Source: a virus (Duplodnaviria > Caudoviricetes). From it: a DNA stretch of 54,063 nucleotides. Where the stretch lies: positions 1 to 54,063 of the IMG/VR virus record IMGVR_UViG_3300002242_000171; one strand, written 5' to 3'. The notes beneath the pieces are model-generated. The model saw only the letters and a program-made list of their open reading frames with translations, ran no database searches and was not told the origin of the DNA. The position numbers were made by a program, and so were the translations under genes. This document shows, in pieces, positions 48,878-54,063 of the stretch (positions are counted from its first letter, which is position 1; each line of letters starts with the position of its first letter).

Positions 48878-49692
48878 AGTTGCTCCACCTTTTCTTTAGT
48901 TTCATTATGAATTTTTTGAGCTATTTTGCCTAATCCGGACATTTCATGCTCATATCGATCAAAAGTATTCGGATCATCAATGCCAGCGCCTGAATGCCAA
49001 AATTTTCTATGAGTATTTATGTTTAATAGCATAGGGGCCTCAAAGACATTTTCTAAACATTCTTTAATCTCCAAAGGGTTGTCAGAAGTTTGCATGCCTT
49101 TCATTCCGAAAGCTTTTGCTACGTCATCCATCTCCCACTTTCTTCTTACTTTTTTTTCTGTCAAGATAGATAAATTGTTATCTTCAACAACAAATAAAAT
49201 AGGTAAATTTTTAGTAGAGGCCCAGCCCATTGCCCCTAGGACATAATCTTCTTCAGCGGACGCGTCTCCCATATAAACAATTGTGGGCTGTTCGGTCTGA
49301 TAGCAGTGGCCAACCGAAATTGGAACTTGGCTTCCCATTAGGCCATCATGGCCAAATATGTTTTTTTCCTTTGAATGGATAGACGCTGACCCGCCCATTC
49401 CTCCTGCACAACCAGATTTTCTTCCCAATAATTCATCGATCAATTTATCTATTGGTGCTTCGAATGACAAGTATGTAGAATGACCGCGGTGTTGTATGAA
49501 TATGTTTGGTTCAATATTTTTTTCTGCCATAACTTCTGCAATCGATGCAGATATATATTCTTGTCCTGCTGACAAGTAAATTGGAAACTTGAACATTTTA
49601 TTTTGAATACCATCAAAAACATATTGCTCAAAGTTTCTGCATAAAGAAGCTCTTTTGAAAACATTAAGCCTATATTGGTTATTCACATTCAT
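48850..49692 (-). CDS. ThDP-dependent E1 alpha-like subunit
   Basis: SAGQE, HRGH, GMGGS, and ThDP motif GDA...EDNN. Confidence 0.85.
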   Translation of the reverse strand: MNVNNQYRLNVFKRASLCRNFEQYVFDGIQNKMFKFPIYLSAGQEYISASIAEVMAEKNIEPNIFIQHRGHSTYLSFEAPIDKLIDELLGRKSGCAGGMGGSASIHSKEKNIFGHDGLMGSQVPISVGHCYQTEQPTIVYMGDASAEEDYVLGAMGWASTKNLPILFVVEDNNLSILTEKKVRRKWEMDDVAKAFGMKGMQTSDNPLEIKECLENVFEAPMLLNINTHRKFWHSGAGIDDPNTFDRYEHEMSGLGKIAQKIHNETKEKVEQLWQKQLDKQ

Positions 49693-50602
49693 GAAATTTT
49701 AAATTTCCTGTTGTATAGTGGGAGAAGGTGGTTTTTTTATGTAAAACATGATCATCGTTTATTGATCTTTTCGTAGAAATCAGCAAATCTTCTCCTATAA
49801 TTTTAAAGTCATTAGTATATTCTGCTTCTCTATCCGGATGGACGCTGTGCTCTCCTATTAGGATTGTAGTATCAATTGAAGCGCGCGTTCCTGATTTTTT
49901 CTTTCTGTTGGTTGCATGAATCAGCGCATAATCACTAATGTGAACTTTGCCTTTTTTTGGTATCAAACTCTCATCAGGCTCATAATAATCTAGCACCCAT
50001 TGCATTTCTTCATATGTTGCGGCAGTGTTCAAAAACCTATCTGAAAAAGATGATTTATCTTTAGGGCTCCAAAAAATAAGATTATTTTTCTCAACATCCC
50101 CCAGCAAAGGAATATAACAATTCATTGACCATGGGCCCTCAACCCAAGCATCAGAATGAGGAAAACTGGTATTTAATGTTCTATTAACATTGTCCTCTAA
50201 TTCTGTTCCAAATTTAATTCTAATATTAGGCGTCATTCTAAATTTTGTCATTAAATTAGGATTATTTTTAATAATGCTATTGACTATGTTAGACCAGCTT
50301 CTCAAAACTAAATTATATTCTATTTGATATTCTTTTTTAGGAACAACTCCGCCATTTGGAGTAACATTATCTCTTTTTAATCTATTATCATCTATTTTTT
50401 GGATAAATTCTTCTTCATTTGTTGTAAAATCAAAATATAAAGCTTTCGATATGTAGAGCATCATAGAAAATTTTAAAGATCGTAATTCTTCATCTGTTGG
50501 AGTATAAGAAACCATAAGATCATGTACTCTATCTAAATTCCAATCATTTTGCATTTTTAAAAATCTAGATTTTCTATACGTATAATCCTCACTCATTTTC
50601 AT
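49679..50602 (-). CDS. Putative 2OG-Fe(II) dioxygenase
   Basis: PHSDAW (HxD), NCYIPL, distal IHAT and RASID (RxS) motifs. Confidence 0.6.
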   Translation of the reverse strand: MKMSEDYTYRKSRFLKMQNDWNLDRVHDLMVSYTPTDEELRSLKFSMMLYISKALYFDFTTNEEEFIQKIDDNRLKRDNVTPNGGVVPKKEYQIEYNLVLRSWSNIVNSIIKNNPNLMTKFRMTPNIRIKFGTELEDNVNRTLNTSFPHSDAWVEGPWSMNCYIPLLGDVEKNNLIFWSPKDKSSFSDRFLNTAATYEEMQWVLDYYEPDESLIPKKGKVHISDYALIHATNRKKKSGTRASIDTTILIGEHSVHPDREAEYTNDFKIIGEDLLISTKRSINDDHVLHKKTTFSHYTTGNLKFHECE

Positions 50603-50991
50603 TTTAATCTCTCTTTTATATCACGCATGGTGTCTTCCCAATTTTGAAAATAATATCCTTTATCATCAATATAGAGCTGAGCGCGGGGCTTTTCGCATGT
50701 AATTTCATCAATATATTGCAAAACATTATATTTTTCCAACCACTCTGTAACCAACTCTGTTCCGTTTTTCCCATTAACCAGTGGTCGCGAGGGTTTTACT
50801 TTTGCTGTAAAAATAATAATATTAAAATTTTTTGATAAATCTTTGATCGCCTCTAAGGATCCCGGAAGGGGATCTCCATAGCATGTACCATCGTGCCATC
50901 CTTTACTAAAATCATGTATTACTCCATCAAAATCGATCGCAACATTTTTTAAATCTTTTTCAAATCCTGGTGGTACTTCTTTATTGCTCAT
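50599..50991 (-). CDS. Small HAD-family phosphatase
   Basis: IDFDGVI, IFTA, KP..LYIDD. Confidence 0.8.
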   Translation of the reverse strand: MSNKEVPPGFEKDLKNVAIDFDGVIHDFSKGWHDGTCYGDPLPGSLEAIKDLSKNFNIIIFTAKVKPSRPLVNGKNGTELVTEWLEKYNVLQYIDEITCEKPRAQLYIDDKGYYFQNWEDTMRDIKERLK

Positions 50992-51652
50992 TGCTTTTCT
51001 CCATGGTAATAATAATTGTTTCTATGTCTAAGACAGTAAAAACTTGCATAAGTTGTTTGAGCGTGTTAGATGATATAACGTCCCCGGGGCCGGCGACAGT
51101 TGTTCCATAATTTGTTTTTAAGCCGCCGCGCAAAAATATAATATTTTTATCATCTTGAATATTTTTTAAAGAGGAAATACTTTCTATCTTAACAACATCA
51201 ATTTTTGAATTTGCAATCTTATATGCATGTGCGTCGACGGGGTCTTCTATCCACAAACAATCGTTCTTCTTGGGCATCTCAAACGTTTTATCTTCATACG
51301 GAGTGCCTTCGCGACCATACTTGTCTTTAAGTCGTACTAAGTCATGCTTATCAACAGGAGTCTCAATTTCAAAAATATATGCACCTTCCTTTGAAGTTGC
51401 TTTCGTCGAATGAAACAAGCCTTTTCGAATCATGATTTTTTCTAGAGATTTAAGTTCGAAAGAATCATTGAGAAAAGAGACTTCAACTTTGCCATCAATC
51501 AAAATCAAACCAGTAGTTTTATTTGGATGACAATGCATAGAAGTGCTTTGATCCGGCGCTATGTATAAACACCATAGAGCAACATTTTCATTTTCGTATG
51601 CAAGGTATTCATATCCCCATGGTTTCTTAACAATGTTATCAAACTTTCTCAC
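50981..51652 (-). CDS. Cupin-domain protein
   Basis: KKPWGYEY, SMHCHPNK, FHST, EIETP; GTG start. Confidence 0.75.
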   Translation of the reverse strand: MRKFDNIVKKPWGYEYLAYENENVALWCLYIAPDQSTSMHCHPNKTTGLILIDGKVEVSFLNDSFELKSLEKIMIRKGLFHSTKATSKEGAYIFEIETPVDKHDLVRLKDKYGREGTPYEDKTFEMPKKNDCLWIEDPVDAHAYKIANSKIDVVKIESISSLKNIQDDKNIIFLRGGLKTNYGTTVAGPGDVISSNTLKQLMQVFTVLDIETIIITMEKSNEQ

Positions 51653-51655
51653 AAG

Positions 51656-52195
51656 TTATTTGCCTCTTTTTTCAAAAGTTTGATATCCCGCTCTCATCCA
51701 TTCACCCATAAAATCATAATGAGGTGAAGAGACTATATTGCTATCAACTACAACTGGGCCTCGATGATATTTTGCGCCGGCATTGTTAATATCGGCTTCA
51801 ATGGCATAATAGCCAGATACAGTTTTTCCTTCAATAACGCCGGCTGTAATTAATAATTGTGCTCCGTTGCACAAAGAAAAAATAGTCTTGTCTAGAGCAT
51901 TCCATTCACGAACGAATTCAACAACTCCCTCTTCTAATCTTAATTTTTCTAAAGCTTTGACACCGCCTGGAACAACCAAAATATCGTATTCTAGATATTT
52001 TTTTCTATTTTCAGAGTCATTAAAATCAGTTGTTAATACATCGCCAACCATATGACAGCCCAAAATACCATAAAATCTGCCTAGCTGATTAGCAACAACA
52101 GTAACTTCAAAATTATTTTCTTTCAAACTATGATACGGATAAATAACTTCATGGTCTTGAAATCCGGTATACGTAAGAATAAGCGCTCTTTTCAT
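51656..52195 (-). CDS. DJ-1/PfpI family protein
   Basis: GFQDHE, VPGG, SLCNG nucleophile elbow, VVVDSNIVSS. Confidence 0.85.
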   Translation of the reverse strand: MKRALILTYTGFQDHEVIYPYHSLKENNFEVTVVANQLGRFYGILGCHMVGDVLTTDFNDSENRKKYLEYDILVVPGGVKALEKLRLEEGVVEFVREWNALDKTIFSLCNGAQLLITAGVIEGKTVSGYYAIEADINNAGAKYHRGPVVVDSNIVSSPHYDFMGEWMRAGYQTFEKRGK

Positions 52196-52204
52196 TTTAT
52201 TTCC

Positions 52205-52681
52205 TTATTTGTCTCTTAATTGTAATATTGGCTTATCTATAGGCCAATTTATATTAATATCTTTGTTATCCCATTTTAACGTAAACTGCTGGTCAACGTC
52301 AGGATATTCGCCCTCATAAGACCATTTATAATGGAACACAGAACTATCTGATAGTACTAAAAATCCATTTCCTACTCCCGGAGGTACTAGGACTTGTTTT
52401 CTAGTTTTATCGTCTAAAATCAACCAATCCCATTGTTTGTAGGTATTAGATTCTGGCCTATTATCAACCACAACAAAATACATTTCGCCATGGAGACACG
52501 TTATTAGCTTATGAGATTTAAAATCTCCGTGAATTCCACGGAGAACATATTTTCTGCTAGTCGACACCTTATCATGATTAAAATCTAGATCGTGATCTCC
52601 ACTTTTCCACAAAGTCCACAAGTCACCTCTGTAATCAGTGAATACATCCGGATTAAAAATCTTTACATCATGAATTTTCAT
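52205..52681 (-). CDS. rmlC: dTDP-4-dehydrorhamnose 3,5-epimerase family (RmlC)
   Basis: DYRG, VLRGIH, KLITC, VVVDNR, VPPGVGNGF. Confidence 0.85.
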   Translation of the reverse strand: MKIHDVKIFNPDVFTDYRGDLWTLWKSGDHDLDFNHDKVSTSRKYVLRGIHGDFKSHKLITCLHGEMYFVVVDNRPESNTYKQWDWLILDDKTRKQVLVPPGVGNGFLVLSDSSVFHYKWSYEGEYPDVDQQFTLKWDNKDININWPIDKPILQLRDK

Positions 52682-53087
52682 CCCAGCTAATTTCCCAATC
52701 CTTAAATTCTGCCGCTAAACAATCAATTTTATAATCTTTTCTACCGCCAGCTAATTCTTGAATTTTATTTTTAGCAGTATTTCTAATGCCATTTAGTCCA
52801 TGAGTTAGTTCTAAATTATTTCCATCTTTTACGCCTTTACGATAATTTGACTCATTGTGCCAAATATGTAAATTCATTTGAGATAAAACAATAATTGCCC
52901 TGACTGTATTTGCATCTAATATAACATTTTTTTCGCTTAATGTTAAGTCAATATCATGTAAGATGTCGGAAATTTCTTGAGCGTATTCTTCTTTGTGCTC
53001 TGGTATAAAAACTTCTTTAAGCTGAGCTATTGATAATCTATCTACTAATTCAGATAAGGTTGGTAAATATTTTCTTCTTTCTTTCAA
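52668..53087 (-). CDS. Hypothetical helical protein (DUF4254/DUF6165-like) of glycan clusters
   Basis: LSELVDRLSIAQLK...NLHIWHNE...NGIRN..KNKI pattern. Confidence 0.6.
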   Translation of the reverse strand: MKERRKYLPTLSELVDRLSIAQLKEVFIPEHKEEYAQEISDILHDIDLTLSEKNVILDANTVRAIIVLSQMNLHIWHNESNYRKGVKDGNNLELTHGLNGIRNTAKNKIQELAGGRKDYKIDCLAAEFKDWEISWDENS

Positions 53088-54055
53088 CGAAGCCTCTTTT
53101 CTACTATATCTTTAAATATTCTTTCGGTTGAATACAGATTAATAGCCTTTTGATATGCGTTCTCTGCTACCAGCTGATAGTGGTCCCAATTATTTAATAT
53201 TTCTCGTATTTTATCTTCTAGATCTTCATCATTCTTATAATAAACAAATTCTTTTTCTGGCTCAAACCAATAATCAAATATATGCCATGGATCTTCTTTC
53301 AACAATACTAGTGTCTTGTTGAAAATGGCCTCAATCGGACGCGTTTTAATTTGAGGTGCGATTTTCTGATCCAATCTACAAAAAGCTTCATTTTCGCGCC
53401 AATCCGGAAGCTGTTTTATGATCTCTATTTCACTATCTGTAAAATATAAAAGATTTGACGTTACCATGATTTTGCTTGCTCTTAAGTATCGCCACATGGC
53501 GGGCCTAGGAATATTAACTCCGGTTACATACTTTACTAGGTTTTGTGGTATGCCTAGGCCAAGTGTGAAGAAAGCATGCTTAAACTTGGGAATAGTTTGT
53601 ATAATATTTAATACTGTAGACTGATCTCTAATTGACGGAGTAGGTACATTTCCCCAATAAATTACATCTAAAATTTTATCGGGATTTTCATTTTCTGGAG
53701 CACTCCAGTTAATATTGTGAGGAAAAATAATAGGCCTATATTTATCATAATTATTTATTTTATTCATCCACTCCGCACTATACGGACATGTCGAATATAT
53801 CTCATGAAAATAATCGGCCACTTCTAGGCTTTTTTTTACTTCTTGCGGGGGGCCATAGAAACCACAGGGTTGCTCTCCTTGATAATATACTTTTCTTTTA
53901 AAATTTTTATATTTATTTTTTATCTCACTGTTATATGGAGTGGCATATCCATAAAATAGCACTTCCTCTTCGCTATCATTATCAAATTTTTCAAAATCTA
54001 AATATTCGTACGCACAGTCGCCATATTCTCCCGTCTTGTCTCTAACAATTTTCAT
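53084..54055 (-). CDS. Glycosyltransferase (GT-B, CgeB/Glyco_trans_1_2-like)
   Basis: DVIYWG, RPIEA, FEPEKEFVYY..DLEDKI...AENAYQKA C-terminal pattern. Confidence 0.75.
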   Translation of the reverse strand: MKIVRDKTGEYGDCAYEYLDFEKFDNDSEEEVLFYGYATPYNSEIKNKYKNFKRKVYYQGEQPCGFYGPPQEVKKSLEVADYFHEIYSTCPYSAEWMNKINNYDKYRPIIFPHNINWSAPENENPDKILDVIYWGNVPTPSIRDQSTVLNIIQTIPKFKHAFFTLGLGIPQNLVKYVTGVNIPRPAMWRYLRASKIMVTSNLLYFTDSEIEIIKQLPDWRENEAFCRLDQKIAPQIKTRPIEAIFNKTLVLLKEDPWHIFDYWFEPEKEFVYYKNDEDLEDKIREILNNWDHYQLVAENAYQKAINLYSTERIFKDIVEKRLR

Positions 54056-54063
54056 TCATTAAT

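Noticed and set aside
47972-49692. Pyruvate dehydrogenase as a central-metabolism auxiliary gene
   Set aside because: No E2/E3 genes; the subunits are divergent and coupled to sugar enzymes, so a branching role fits better.
452-53624. All plus-strand ORFs and nested short minus-strand ORFs in the track
   Set aside because: Each lies within a longer motif-bearing minus-strand gene and has no recognisable motif; they are shadow ORFs.
1-54063. Alternative genetic code (stop-codon reassignment)
   Set aside because: TAA, TAG and TGA all end full-length genes, and code 11 gives near-complete coding density.
1-54063. CRISPR array, tRNAs, DGR, transposase, intron or intein
   Set aside because: No spaced repeats, cloverleafs, reverse transcriptase, or recognisable intein/homing endonuclease motifs were seen by eye; intergenic gaps are under ~80 nt.

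Overview
A 54-kb, gene-dense, AT-rich segment of a large tailed phage, most likely an uncultured contractile-tail (myovirus-like) jumbo phage. Every credible gene is on the minus strand. In transcription order (right to left) it contains: (i) a ~12.5-kb, 15-gene nucleotide-sugar/glycosylation cluster (glycosyltransferase, RmlC, DJ-1, cupins, HAD, 2OG-Fe(II) oxygenase, ThDP E1 alpha/beta pair, B12 radical SAM, ColD-type 3-dehydratase, Gmd-like SDR, split HldE kinase/nucleotidyltransferase, RmlB); (ii) small conserved ORFs and a gp55-like sigma factor; (iii) a ~38-kb baseplate/tail module (gp5-like lysin, HxH spike, 2831-aa giant, gp25, gp6, DNRLRE-like protein, 3360-aa LamG/gp7-like giant, paralogous tail-collar-like proteins); (iv) a RuvC-like resolvase and a primase. 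Missing from the ORF track are a 33-aa poly-cysteine peptide with a perfect Shine-Dalgarno and, 9 nt after its stop, the 5' part of a phage tmRNA (tag ANDNVSFD..., cut by the window edge). Best leads: the Cys-peptide/tmRNA unit; a [ST]-[GAS]-S tripeptide strongly enriched in a subset of virion proteins next to a branched-sugar pathway (candidate virion glycosylation system); and strong over-representation of the palindrome GCCGGC. All calls rest on motif recognition by eye, and all counts are manual.
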